64,000 nt of DNA, from assembly GCF_009914755.1 (NCBI RefSeq), contig NC_060935.1; one strand, 5' to 3'. The position numbers and the translations under genes were made by a program. Numbering within the stretch: position 1 is the first letter of the stretch; every line of letters begins with the position of its first letter. The DNA comes from the human T2T-CHM13v2.0 reference genome, Homo sapiens. Shown piece after piece: positions 50,281-64,000 of the stretch. The notes below the pieces were generated by a model. That model did not search any database. It was not told the origin of the DNA and saw only the letters and a list, made by a program, of their open reading frames with translations.

Positions 50281-50769
50281 GACCTGCTCCCTCCCGGGAA
50301 GTAGGCCAGTCCCCATCCACAGCTCAGAGACCAAGCGGCCAGCTTTCTCACAGAACTTGAAGAACCATTCAGGGCAGCTAGATCAAGTCCTGGCTGGGGA
50401 TTCTGGTGACCCAGGAACCTGGGCTCTAGCATGTGGGCCCTTGGCATTCTTCCCAATGAACAAGTCGTTTCCTCAAACACCAGTTTCAATAGGTGAAGCC
50501 ACTGTTTTGTTCTTTGGTCCTCAAGAGCAAGCTGATATCTTGCTTTTCATTCTGTTCACTATTTCATTATTTCTTAAACTGGAGTCTTATCTCTCTCTGA
50601 GCCCCAGTCTCTACAGGTAGGTCTCTGGAACTACCCCGAAGGGGTAAGGCTGTCAAGCCCCCAAGGCATCAAACAGTTGTCAGCCTGGATCATTGCCTAC
50701 TGCCTGCTGCCAGGAGCCCTGACGCCAGGCCTGCCTATCAATTTTAGGGCAACTGACAAAACTCCCTGC

Positions 50770-51400
50770 CCTCAGCCCTCACTATATATCAGGCACTGAG
50801 GATAAAAAAAAAAGGAACAGTACTTGCCCCCAAAGAGCTCCCAGTCTAGCAGAGAAGTCTTCATATTTGCAACTGATCACACAACTAATACTTTATATAA
50901 ATGAGAAATTGGAATGTAAAGAACCACTGAGGTGTGGCATAGGGAGGGTTCTCAGGATAGACTTCAGAGGACATGGCACTTGAGCTAGGTTTTGAAGGAT
51001 GACCAAAGCCTTAAGAACTTTCTGAGGAAGAAGTATGCACAGGTTCGAAGGCAACACAGACCCTCACTTTTACTCTCCCTCCCACCTCCTTTTGCCCTCT
51101 TCCTTTTTCCCCCATCCATTGCACTGCCACTTCTAGTAGTGGTTATTTGGGAGAGATTCTGTTTCTTTCCTTTGGATTTCCAAATTCATACTTCTCCTAC
51201 TCCACCCTGCACCTTTATGGTCCCTTGTTCCACAACAGGAACAGATTTTGTGTCTTTACCCACATGGAAATTCAACAAATAATTTAGTTCAATTCAGTAA
51301 GTGCCGATTTATTGAGCTCTTAATATATGCTAGACACGTGGGACATAGAGATGAAAGAGCCTGTTCCCTGCCCTCAGGGAGCTCAAGGAAACAAGGGAAG
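50770..51400 (-). mobile_element. L2 fragments
   Basis: caggcactgaggata...gagctcccagtctag...ttgagctaggttttgaaggatga; atttattgagctcttaatatatgctagacac. Confidence 0.65.
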
Positions 51401-52592
51401 AAGCTGTCTTCTACCTGGCTCTGACTCAAATTCTCTCCACTTTCTCTCTTTTCCCACACAAACCCAAGTCCCATGAGTAATTAACAAGATGAGTAATAGA
51501 TCTTCACCCAGAAGGTACATCTTGCAAGCTGGAAAGTTTAGCAAAAGTGGCTTTGTATAGTTTCCTTTTTTTTCTTTTTACACCTTTGAAAGGCTCTGAA
51601 GACATGGCAAATGTAACTTTGAAATCAGCAGAATCTTTTTGAGGGGCAGCTGGTATAGGAGGAGTGACTTGGTGGACTTGTCACCTGGGCTGATGTAGTC
51701 TTTTTCTGGGTTTCTGCCTTTCAGTGATTACCTGATTTTCTTTTTCTGTGTCTGTCCTTCAGCTCATCTGATTCTTTATCCTCCTTCTCCTCCCACCCCC
51801 ATTCAAGATGGAAACGAATCTTGGAAAGTTATGAAAGATGTAGGTAAAGGGGGAGAGGGCATCTTCCACCTGCCAACCACAAGAACAGACTTCAGAGGCA
51901 AAGTGAGGATCACCCTGGCCATGTGATACTTCCATCTGGAGACCCTGCTTCTGAGTCGATGTCTTTCAGAAGAGGCTTTCCTCATTCATCAGAAACCCAC
52001 CATTTACCGTCTTCACAGGGATGACCCAGGCTTGTCTATGTCACCTGATCTGCCACAGTATCCTCACCCATGATCTCACTTAACTAACCCAAAGGCCTCC
52101 CATGTTCTGATAAGCTCACCTTAGATTCTGGCCTGCCACAGAAAAGTATTAGCCCTTCATCCTCCCAGCCACTCTCTGGCATATTTATTATTGTTCACTG
52201 ATAAAATTATTGGCTACAAACTCAAGTCAAATGAGAAGATTCACTCCCCCAAAAGCTCTTTTCTCTTGACAAAAAGCCACCTCAGCCTTTTGCTTCCACC
52301 CTGCATTTGTTTCGCTAAACTCCACATTCTGCTAACATCAATCATGTGATGAGAGGGCTAAAGAGAGGAGAACAGAGCTGGGATGGCAAAGACATCAGGA
52401 AGGTGCGAGAAAAGGAGGGATGGCTGTGCCTCCCTTCTCTCAGAGATGAAAAAGAGGCAGCCACCCTCTACCTGGGCACTGGCCCAGGCAACTCTCTTGT
52501 AATGATGCCACCCAGTGCTCCAGATACCACACTGGGACATTTCTATCTGATTAAGGCACAGTGGAGAAACCTCATATAAGGAATGAGTTTCA

Positions 52593-52931
<339 letters not shown>

Positions 52932-55900
52932 TCACTCTCTCTCCTACTCCCACCTCTCATTCCCTGTTTTCTCCCCTCCAGTCCCAGACTCCCCAACTGC
53001 TAGAGTGATTAGGGACCCTTCAGGGAGGCCTACTCTTCCTTTTCTTTCTTCTCGTTTTTTGACTCCTAACCCTACCCCTTCCCACACTCTAGCCCGCTGC
53101 CTTTCACAGCTCTCTTTTCTGGATCACCCAAAAAAAAATGGAGACATTCTCTTTGTTCTGTTACACCCCAAGAAAGAGGAAAAGAAGACATCTGGCAGGG
53201 CCGTCCCTCCTGTGGCCCACTGCCCCTCCCACCTTCCCCCAGCAAACCAGGAAACCGGAAGGAAGGAATACCAACCAAGTTCCAGCCTGCTTCTGTGAAA
53301 GTGCACACCTCTTCCAGCTGAGAGGATTTATGTGAAATGCATAGTGTAAATAAACAGTTTTTCCTGAGGCCTGCAGGGTTCTAAAAACACTATGACCATG
53401 CTCTGTGAATTGGCTGAACTATTTTCAATGGAATACAAGAGCAACTTAAAAGGCTTAGTTGCCTCCTTCTCCAGGCTGTCTGTCCACCTTTATCTACTTG
53501 AACTTTTTTCCATGCCTCCCCTGCTTCCTGCAGACATGCTCTCCTCTTCTCCCCCAATGCAGGCTCTCCAGAGAAAGTGGAACTGACATTAGGGATTCAG
53601 AAGCATTTTACCAACCCCTTAGCCTCAGGTAGCCACATAAAGCCACACAGGAGGCGTGGAAAGAAGATGGTCCCTAGTACTTCCTACCATTGCATTGTTC
53701 TAGCTGCCCACATGCTTCTCTACCTACATCCACAGGAAGACCAGACACATCACCCTGTGGGCCCTAGTTCATGGATGCTTCCCATACTTCCCTGACAAAC
53801 TCAAGAGGCCTATCAGGTCTCTTGCAGCAGCCAAACATAGGCACCTTAGACTCCAGCCTGCCGAAGGCCCAGGCCCCTGTGACCTTGCACCCGGCCCACT
53901 CCCTGACCTGCCTCCTTAATGCGTTATCTTGTCTGTTGAAGCTGCTGTTTCTCCTCAGTGGTCCCATTTACAATTCCAGACTGGAAGATTTCTTCTTCTA
54001 TTGTTCCTCAATGAAGCAGTCTTTTTCCTCACTGCCTTCCCTTGCTGGTCAATTAACCTCATCTAACCCAATATCAGAGAGGAGCCAGCTGGTGGGGGGA
54101 AGAGCTTGGCCCCCTGGAGAACTAGAGAAAGTAAGAGGATGTGGTGCAAAAGTGCCCTTTCCTCCAGCACCCCACGGGATCAGACACAGACACGAGTCCT
54201 CTTCCTCGCTCGTCCTCCCTAAAAAGGTACGCATACCCAGGAACATAATGTATTTCTTTAGTAAATTACCCCCATGCCACCACCATGACTCCGATTCCAT
54301 CAACGACTCAAGTGACCTGACAAGAAACTGCCTTGGCCTCTGAGGTGTGCACCACAGGCCTGTTATAATGGGACCTCTAGCGGGGCCTTCTAGGGGGGCC
54401 ATGGTTCCCCCAAGACTCCGGCCTCCAGCCAAGACACAGACAGTTTACTTCAAGAGCTGCATCATTCCCCAGCCTTCTTCTTTTGCTCCTATCCCCTAAG
54501 ACCCAGTTCTCAGTGTCACCCTGAAGCCTTCCTCAGGCTCACTGACCCCCATCAGGCACCCCATCACAGAGTATCTTAGCCATCCTGGGGTCACTCAGAC
54601 TTCAGGCTCTGCCACCCACATCCCTCACCTATTGCCCTGGAAGGCCCCCTGAGGCCAAGGCCATACGTCCATAAGCCTGCCAACATCCAAGGAGATGCCT
54701 GCTGAGACCACTAGACTCCAGAGCTGGCTAAGGTAGCCCCACCCTGCCCACTCTCCTCCCACCGGCCTGCCTACCATTTTAGCATTTGCATGAATTCACT
54801 CTTTTATTTGTATATCATATTAACATACCTAACATATACTTCTAGATTAAATATTCAATGTGTTCACATTTTCTCTGAGGTTTAGTTTATATTATTAGGC
54901 TCCAGCCTTGTCTTCTCTGTGAAGAAATGACCCTTATTTTCCTTTGAGAAAAATTCCTTTCAACAGTAATGTGTTTTTAGTATTAATTTTGTAAAACTGC
55001 AAAGACTGGATTCCGTAACCACTGGGAGGACAGGAAAGACAGGGGAGGGGACATCTTAGGAGTTTTCAAAACAGGAACAGAGATGAAACGTGAGCCTCGA
55101 ACAGCATTTTATTTCTCTTGCTAATGACCTGACATCTCTGTGCACAGCCTAACTCCTTATGCCACCCCTAAAATGGCTCCTACACAGGTTAAAACTAGAG
55201 AATAACAAGGTTTTGCACCCCAACTAGTCAACCAAGAGAAGAGATCTGGGCTAGAGTGCAGGACCACAAAAACAGAGGAACGGGACAGGAGGTGAGATGG
55301 AGAAAGCTCTGCTCCACCCATGGTGACCAAAGAGTGGAGGAGGCGACCCCAGGGCTCTGCAAAGTATCCATTTCCACAAGACCAAGATGAGAACGGGTGG
55401 GGGAATCCAATAGAGCCAAACGGCTAACGGCAAGGTTTAGGATCATGGCAGGTTGCCAGCCAGTCAAAAGCCCTGTTGGCTCTAATGTTTTCACATCATC
55501 TTATTTTATTTTCTTTTAACCTTTGTTTCCCTGTAAAAGTTCGTTTTGAAAAATTCCAGTCTTGTCCTAGGCTGCCGCGGTGCAAAGGACTATGCTCACT
55601 CCCATGGCAATAATGCTGGCAGACAACTTTGCAGACTCTTCCCTCCTGCCTGTTACATGCATCTCATCAGAGGGGGCTTTGGAGGAAAAACAGAGGTCTG
55701 GGCTTAGGGAAGGGCAATAGTATAGGATGGGGAGTTTCTGCTTCCTTTGAATCTTATAACACATTAGAAGGTATTCCTCCCATCCCTAAGTAGGAAAACA
55801 ATTCACCCAAAACCTCACTCCTGAATCTTAAAAGCATCAAGTTCCAAATATGCCACAAGCAGAAGAAATAATTCAGGGTACTCAGATGGGGATCAGGAGT

Positions 55901-58900
55901 CTCATCTCATTTCTGGTGGCCTAGAGGCAGCCTTAACCATTACATAACACAACTACCCAAGGAGCAAAGTGACACAGAGACACCTCTTCAACCTCACCCT
56001 CAGGCATTCCCATTTTATTTTCATCACCTTTTCCATCCAGGCCTGTCCACCTTCATCCATGCTCTTTTCCCCTCTCTCAACCAGGCTACTGCAGCAGACT
56101 TGGAGAGAGTAAGGACTCACAACTCCTTCCTGCCTCCTTCTACTCCTCATTTTCTCCCCTCCCCTCCTTTCCCTGTATACGCCCATGTGGAAGGGAAAGG
56201 GGGCAGCTGGCAATGTTTACCTCTCAGGAGTGCCCTCACATTATCTAGGAATTAGCGCAAACCCCTTGTCTCTGAATCACTTAAACTCTTCATAAGCTGA
56301 GGGATCTATTTTTTAGCAAGTAGGGACACCAAATGCAAGTTGGGAAAGTTTAGCTCAGAAAGTATGATGGTTGGGCTCTAAATCCTTGATGGAGGGCATA
56401 AAGATCCCCTGAAAATGAGCATAATCATTTATGAAGAAAAGCAACAGAAGAGATGTAGAGGCGGCATCACTGTTCAGTGACTCTGTCTTTCTGTCTCTGC
56501 ATATATCACCTTGGTTCAGTTTCTCCCCATCCCTGTCTCTCTTCTTCTTTCCTACCCTCCTGCTCCCCACTCCTCACTTTACTGCAAGACATATGACAGG
56601 TGACAGGCCTAGGAGGCTGGGAAGGACGGGAAGTTTAATCTCACAGAAAGTCCAGCTACAGAACACTACCCGGGAGTAGCAGAGGGAGGTAGAGGACTCA
56701 TGCGCCCACCTGCTCTCCTGCCACCGGCTGGGTTTCTCTGCCTGCCTGCCTTCTCCCCCACCTCCTCAAAGCCTCCTGGTGACCATCAGACCCTGTCACC
56801 ACTTCCCACTGGCAGAGGGAAGAACTTGGAGAAAAAGTCCATGAAATCAGGGGATAACTAGCTCCCAGTGTGCCGGTTACTGCCTCCTCTTGGACATTTC
56901 CCATATTTGGAGTCACCAAGACAAGGCCACCACACAGGAGAATCATCTACCCTTCCAAGCTGAAAACCCATGTTCTGTTGCATACAAGCTTCCCATGCAT
57001 GGAGATGGTTTAGTGGAAGTCAGTACCTTAAATGACAAAGGCCATTTTCTGAAGCCCCAAACCCCGGATCCATTTTAATCACCCTTGGTGTTTTATTAGA
57101 ATCATCTCAGGGAGAAGTAGGAGCAAAAAGAGACATCCTTAGATGACCTGAAGAGTCAGCTAAATGGCCTGCCATCTCTCATGATTCTCCATCACACTCA
57201 TTTGCCTCTCTTGCCGTCATCTGCTTATTTCCTCTTCTCCATCTCTGACTCTGCCCATGACCCTCTCAGGCCTGTTTGATTTCCTTCTGGTGGGAGGGGA
57301 GAGTACCTTTCCAGACTAGCAACAATTGGCTTCAGGGCCCTGCTCAGTACCTGTGCCCTCCTTACCCAGGCCCTACTTTCCTCCCAGCCCCTTGCCTACA
57401 ACCTTAGTCAGATTATCAGAAACACTTCTAGTCATTGACTATGAGTAAAACATCCACAATCATCAGAAACTAGCTCTCATTGAGGGCCAGTTTATCCTCA
57501 CTCCCCACTACCATGCTCCATCAGGTTTTCTCCACTGCAAGGCCAACAGCCTCTATCATGATGCTAATTATCTCCACATTAGCACCTCAACTGTGATGCC
57601 ACTGTCCATGCCACATCCCAGCATGCTAACAAGGAGACTTACTCCACTCCTATCCAATGACTTGTTCAGCCCTTGATCCATGGAGATAAGAAATGAGAGC
57701 ACCTTCTAGAAACCAACTTCCAAGCTTTGGCTTCCACAAGCACCCCACTGCCTAGCTCATCTGCCCCACCCAGATCTGAACACCATGAGCAAGATCATCA
57801 GGAGTTTCCTGGGAGCCTTAACAAAATTCTGAACAGTTTCCATAAAGTGGGTAGAAGTGAGTAAATGCAAGGCTTTCTGGAACCATAGAAGACTATATAA
57901 ATTTTCTTTGTAAATTAGGAGAACCATATTCAGTGGAAATAGAAATAGAAAAGACTTTGAAGATTTGGCAGGTAAGTTAACTGGGTCATTCCAGGGCTGT
58001 CTCTCGTAACCCTCTCAGTCCAGCCTCAGCCTCTGCTGTCACTAATCTCTCCATCTTGTCTCTGCCTTCTTCTCTGTGTCTCTCCTCTCTCTGGCCTACC
58101 TTATCTTCCCCTCTCCCTACTTGCTTTTCCCCCAGACATTATAGAAGAGAGTTCCTTAGGTAGTAGGCTAGTCCAGGTGGCTTTGCATTTCAACTGTTGC
58201 TCAAAGAGAGCTTGTTGGTTCCCCTACAGATACATATTTAAGTGGAATTTGGGGTCTCAAAAGCACTCTTTGCTCTTCCTTCAACATCACCTTCTCTTAG
58301 CTACCTCAGAGCTGCCCAGTCTGCACCCCTCCCAACAAATGCCAATCATTCGATGACTTGCTAAAAAGAGAGCACACATTAGTGAGGGTAGGAAGGCCAA
58401 GGGAAATGGAGTATTGACATCAGGAGTTTCATTTTTTCTGTTCAGAACCTTGACGCACTGTACTATGCACTCTCTGTTTAGGAGCCTCAGCTGATACACA
58501 CCCTGCTTGCCAAATAGAAAATTTAGAAGAGTCTTTTCCTCTCTTCCCTCAGAAATTTGTGGTGCCTGAGTCGGTTGACATTTGTGACAATGATTGTTGG
58601 GAATTTCCAATGGAGTCTTGAATCTCACCACCATTCCCTTTTCTTAGGAGAGACAACTAGGGGGGCTCCTCCCCATGACCCCACCCCAGCAATCATGACA
58701 ACTGTTATGTATATCATACATGGTTCACCCAGGGCCTAACCATGCCACAACCCATTCTACTTCTCACCTGTTCCCCTCTCTTTCACCTCACTTCTAACAG
58801 GCTCTATTGAAGACACTTGGAAGGGCAGCCTCTCCCCATGCCTACTTCCCATCCTTTGGGTTTCCAGCTGCAGAACATACCAGCACCCTCTCTCTTTAGT

Positions 58901-59879
58901 TCAATTCTTCCCTCTCATTCACCCAATGGAGGAGTGGTTTCTGCAGCTCTCATAATCACGGGGGGAGAGAAGCGGACAAGTAGAATGGACTATTTTCCTG
59001 GCACTCTTTTACTTCTCCACTCACTTCCTCCAACTGCCTTTGAACTACTAGACTTGAACGACCCCTCCCCTACCCTTCCAAAGGGAGCAATAATAATAGC
59101 TAGCACTTACTGAGTGACAACTATGTACCAAGCGTGGTTTGCTCAGCTTTTCTGGGACTCCAGCTCTCAGTCCCTGTGGCACTCTCTCTTTCCTTTGTCA
59201 AACTTTCCATCTCTCAACTCCCTGTCTCATCTCTCTTTATCTCCAACTCCATCTTCTAACCAGTTATGGGGTAATCCACTGTCATTCTTCCAGAGGCCCC
59301 ATCTTATGTGACTAGACCCTTCAAGGATAGGCCACCCCATCTCTATGCTCGGACCATCACTAGCTACTCTCAGGAATTGTCTCATGGTCCAGGCTACCCT
59401 TTTCACCATCCAAGCCAGCTCTTACCACAACCACTGCCTCATCACCCCACTGCCAGTTAGCCCCCGATTCCTGGACCTTAAGAGTCCCCTGAAGTGACCC
59501 CATCCTTTCCCCCAGGTCCCAGAACCTATCCAGACCCCAAGAATGGCCACGGCATTTCACACAGGTTACAAAAGCTGCAATAAGCATTTTTGACTCCAGC
59601 CTTCTGCTGCGTGACTCCTCTGTCCCCATTCCCGGCCACCTTTCCCCTCCCTCCTGCCCACTCACTTGCCCACCAACTGTTTAGCAAAGCAAAACCCCCT
59701 TTATAAAATGATTCATTCAATATGACACTCTCATTTCTCCTGAAGGGTTCGTTTGTACTTTTAGAGCCCCAAACGCATTCCTTCTTTGGAAATTTCTTTA
59801 CACCCTTTACTGAGAAGACCCTGGATTTTGAGTGTGAAAAATGGCTGAATCTACTTCGGAAAAGAATAAAACCGTTACC

Positions 59880-60420
59880 CCAGGATCTCGCAAAGCGAGA
59901 ATTGACTGGTAACTGCCATCACGCTTCCAAGGCTCATCATTCACTGGGCTACTGACCTGTCAATCACTTCTGCTAGGCCAATGAGCAGCACCCCCTGACA
60001 CAAACGGAGGTTGGAGGACAGGCCAATCGCTCCCAGCTATTTGAGCCAATGGAGAAGTTCCTGATGCCCACACCTGCTGGTCTCACCGCTAGGGCCTGGG
60101 CATCACAGGCAGGGGGAATGGGGAGGGGACGGTAGCGTCAGCCTACACCCACACGCAGGTTAGAGCCTTGGACGGGGAAGCGGAAAAGGCTTAGCAGCTA
60201 CTAATGGGTTCTATTAATAGTAGTAGTGTTAGGTAGGCTGCACTGGCTGTATTCTGCCCCCATGCCTATCATTCCCTCACTCTGTGACCCTGGGCGAGTC
60301 TCTTCCTCATCCTGGTGCTCAGTTGCCTTTTCATAAAGAAAGGGTTGATTCCCCATGATCTGTTGACTCCTTTGCTTTTGGATATTTTGGAAGACGCCCT
60401 GCGTCACGGGCTAGTTAATT
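59880..60420. promoter_or_regulatory. Promoter/enhancer-like element with clustered CCAAT boxes and a CRE-like site
   Basis: CCAAT at 59978, 60023 and 60046; TGCGTCAC near 60400; locally raised CpG; no repeat recognised. Confidence 0.4.
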
Positions 60421-60595
60421 GTGAACGTCAGGGAAAGCACCAGAGTAGAGAAGCACTTCCAGGATCCAGAGCCAGGAGGATGCTCAAAAGGAAGGGAGGA
60501 GAGATGCCCTTCGGCCAAAGGGAGAGCTTGGAGGGTGAGGGGAAGTGGTTGCTTACCAGAAGGGCCTCGGAGTGTGAACTCAAAAGATAGAGGAT

Positions 60596-60899
60596 GGCCG
60601 AGCGTGGAGGCTCATGCCTGTAATTTCAGCACTTTGGGAGGCCGAGGCGGGCAGATCACTTGAGGACAGGAGTTCGAGACCAGCCTGGCCAATATGACGA
60701 GACCCCATCTCTACTAAAAATACAAAAATTAGTCAGGCGTCATAGCAGGCACCTGTAATCCCAGCTACTTGGCTACTTGGGAGGCTGAGGCATGAGAATC
60801 ACTTGAACCTGGGAGGTGGAGCTGCAGTGAGCCGAGATTGCACCACTGCACTCCAGCCTGGGCGACACAGTGAGACCCTGTCTTAAAAAAATAATAATA
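60596..60899 (+). mobile_element. AluS (AluSz/Sx-like) element
   Basis: Full dimer; TSD ATAGAGGA (60587-60594, 60900-60907); internal 8-bp duplication GCTACTTG x2 at 60764-60779. Confidence 0.95.
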
Positions 60900-62303
60900 A
60901 TAGAGGAAGCGTTTTGGTCCACTGTCCACTCACACAGGGTTAGGCGGAGAGGAAAAAGCTACTGAGACTGAAGAATGCCCTTTAACCCCACTTACTGGTT
61001 GTTTTGATTCTTTCCTGTAGTTTCCTGATAAAAGGTCCTTTGGAAACTTTGATTCTCTTCTCACCAAGTTGAACGGAGATGTGTTCCCATAGTAAGAGTG
61101 AGGCCCCTGCATTTGCTGCCCTCGGTTTTCCCAACTAACACCAGGGCCTCCCCCCTGTACCCCATTCATATGCCTCAGAAGCTGACAATGACTGTTGGGC
61201 TTTTCCAATGAATACCAGAACACCATTTCCTGCAGCCTGAAAAGAAGACAGTATAATTGTTTGGCAGCAAGAGGTGAGCATGGGTAAGGAGGGCGGAACT
61301 CTTTCACTCATACCCACGCCTCCTCCTCTCTCCTTTCCTTTTCCCCATATTCTTTCTCCCCAGCCCTTCCCTCCTCCCACCTCCTGACTCTAGCCCAGGC
61401 CAGCGAAATTTTTTCCACTTTTCACTCCCGCCTGAGAATTTCCGGGGGCCTGAAAGAAGACCTGTTCCCTAGCACTAGTTCATCGTCTGCTCCACTGAGA
61501 AATAACCAGCTACCAGAAAGTTTGAGAAATTGATTTGCAGAAAGAGGGCACCAAATCAGTTTAGAGTCAGGGTCTGTAGTCAGTAGAGTTGGCAAATGCC
61601 ATTTCCCTGACCCACTGGGTATCTGAATACTTGTCATTGGCCCTTGAGAGCTCATCAACTGTGGATGTGCAATAAGCTTGTCCAGGACCAAAAGTGTCTC
61701 TTGCTGCTTAAATATCCACCAAAAAGATTCCACTTGTCAAAGCACCTGCCTCCCTGCACTGACTTCTTTTACCTTCTGTCTCTTTTTTCTCACTTTCACA
61801 CTGTTCTCTTTTTCTCTTTTCCTGTGCCCTTCTCTCTCTCTGGTTTGATTTCTTTTTTCCAGGCCAAGCAGGAAACTAGAGATATGGTGACGGTAGTGGT
61901 CCCAGGGAGGAGCTTTAACCTGAGCACCACCCACAGAAGGCAGACCACCCTCCCAGCCGCAGTGCAAATGAATGTTGGCCCCCACCCAGGTCCCCAAGTG
62001 CTTTCCCAGTCACGCCCCAGCTGCCAGGTTTTTTTCTCCAGGCCTACTACAGATGGGTTACCCTGACTCCACCCCCAACACCCTCCAATGATTAGAACCA
62101 CTGACTCCTCCCTCCCATGCCTGCCTCCATGGCAGGCCCCTGCAGAAACCAAACATAGTCACCTTAGACTCTGGCATACTGAGACCAGGGCTTGATCCTG
62201 GCCCCCTTGCCTCCCTGGCAATTTATCATTTAATAAAAATATTGTTAAAAAATATTCATGCGTCTAAAATATGTGTATTGTTTCAGAATGTAGCATCAAA
62301 TTA

Positions 62304-62445
<142 letters not shown>

Positions 62446-62499
62446 TTGGTTTCCCTGGGCACAGGACATTGCACCGGATTGGGGAGCATTTCCCCTACT

Positions 62500-62830
62500 C
62501 TGTTAGGACATTATGTAACAAAGACTGAGGGTTCTTGTGTTATTTATAACAAAAGGCCAAAAATAGTTACATTTGAGTTGGTTCATGTAGTGAACTATTG
62601 TGTAGCTGTTAAAAGGCATTTGAAGACTTTTTCATGACAGAAGGAAAAAGGCATATTCCAAAACTGTATGTACAGTATGTTCATAATTTTATAAAGTATC
62701 TATGTGCATAGGAACTTTGCAGAAAGACACCAAAATCTCCAGAAGTTGGAATTCTGGCTGATTTTTATTTTATCATTTTTTTTTATTTTCCACAATGAAC
62801 ATTATTATCATGAGAATAAAAGAAATCCCA
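62500..62830 (+). mobile_element. Old L1M fragment
   Basis: actattgtgtagctgttaaaagg...aaaactgtatgtacagtatg...ttttccacaatgaacattatt. Confidence 0.55.
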
Positions 62831-63329
62831 TATTATAAAAGTTGTTGGGTCTTCCCTGCTGGAAATGAAGAAGGAATCACAGCTGCTCTGGTGAGGGAGC
62901 TGTTAGGTCCAGTGCTCTCTGACACTTGACTGCTTAGGCCAGCGGAGGTGGAAGGCCCAAATGGGAGTCAGATCCTGTAATCCTGCCAACCATCAGGAGG
63001 AGACAGATTTAGATCTGGTGGAGGACAAGGCAGTCTGTTCCTCCCTCACCGCCTCCCACTCACTTTTCCTTTCTCTTGCACCTTCTTTGTGCTGTAGTGA
63101 CAAGCACTCTGCTCTTAAGGGCAGAAGACCTGGGTCCACATCTTGACCCTCACACCCCCTAGATAGGTGGCTGGATGAATTTTTCAGTCCTACCAAACCT
63201 TACCCCGTTTACCTATAAGACACAGAGCAGAAGCCTCAGATTGATCATTAGCAGCTCAATCGTACCTAAGGGACTTTGCAATTTTTTTTTAACACACCCA
63301 CATCTTCTTAACAGCAACTCTTTTCCCTC

Positions 63330-63600
63330 TTTCTAGAATGTCATGTGGTTAATTCCTTCTTGTCATTTGGGTCTCAGAGTGGCACCTCCTCAAAGAGTTC
63401 CTCACTCCCCTCAGTCCCTCTCCATACATTTTTTATTTTTGCTGAGTACTGTTCCCTAACTATTATCTTATACATTTGCTAGCTTGCTTCTTGTCTCCTG
63501 GAAATTAAATTCTTTGGGAGCAGGAATCTTGCCTGCCTTGAGCACCACTGTATCTCCATTACCTAAAACACTGTCTGTCACCAATTAAATGAGTCAAGTA
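63330..63600 (+). mobile_element. L2 3' end
   Basis: tcatttgggtctcagagtggcacctcctc...gcaggaatcttgcctgccttgagcaccactgtatctcc. Confidence 0.7.
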
Positions 63601-64000
63601 CTGTGCAATACATTTTCACCATGTTTTCTTATTTAATCTTCCCAAGAACCCCGTGTGGTTTATGTATGAGAGAAAAGTTAAGAACAGAGAGGTGAAGTAC
63701 AATGAGTAAGTGACAAAGCCAGAATTAGCACTAATTCTGTAACACTTTCCACTTTGCTACCCCTCCCTCCCATGCAGCCAGCATGAAGCCTGTTTTGGAG
63801 AGAGGGCTGGGACGGTTCAAGGGCAGGGAACATGAAGAGCCAAATTTCTGAGTCTGGAAAGTTCAAAATAGGAAAAAGACAGAATTGGGTTATGGTCATG
63901 GGAAATAGGGGGAGCAAAGGCTGGAAAGAGCTGGAGAAGCTTGCTTGGAGTTTAGGATCTTGAGACCATTTTATAAGTATCTGAGTGACACATCCTCCCT

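Noticed and set aside
53771-54343. 190-aa ATG-initiated ORF
   Set aside because: No recognisable domain, Ser/Leu/Pro-rich composition, and no supporting promoter or splice context; compatible with chance.

Overview
Mammalian, Alu-bearing (primate, very likely human) genomic DNA with no supportable protein-coding exon. The only gene-level feature is a CpG island (~2.3-3.7 kb) holding a non-coding first exon on the minus strand, with a splice donor at 2886/2885 and three upstream ATGs. From memory this resembles exon 1 of KCND3 (Kv4.3, chr1p13); I could not verify that here. If so, 1-2885 is intron 1 and the rest is upstream DNA. The upstream 60 kb is mostly interspersed repeats: many MIR and L2 copies, an L3/CR1, old L1M 3' ends, five Alus, DNA transposons (MER103C, MER5) and microsatellites. 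It also holds six ERV-derived elements between 13.9 and 38.2 kb: MLT2A, a MER49-like LTR, a decayed MER67-type provirus with recognisable integrase and env remnants, LTR10C, LTR10B and MER61. The most notable items are a strongly G-to-A hypermutated LTR10C solo LTR (probable APOBEC3 fossil), the collapsed provirus, the uORF array with a polyproline uORF, and an orphan CCAAT/CRE promoter-like element near 60 kb. Repeat subfamily names come from recalled consensus sequences and need RepeatMasker/Dfam confirmation; MIR, L2 and L1M boundaries are approximate. I see no evidence of a wholly new biological system.
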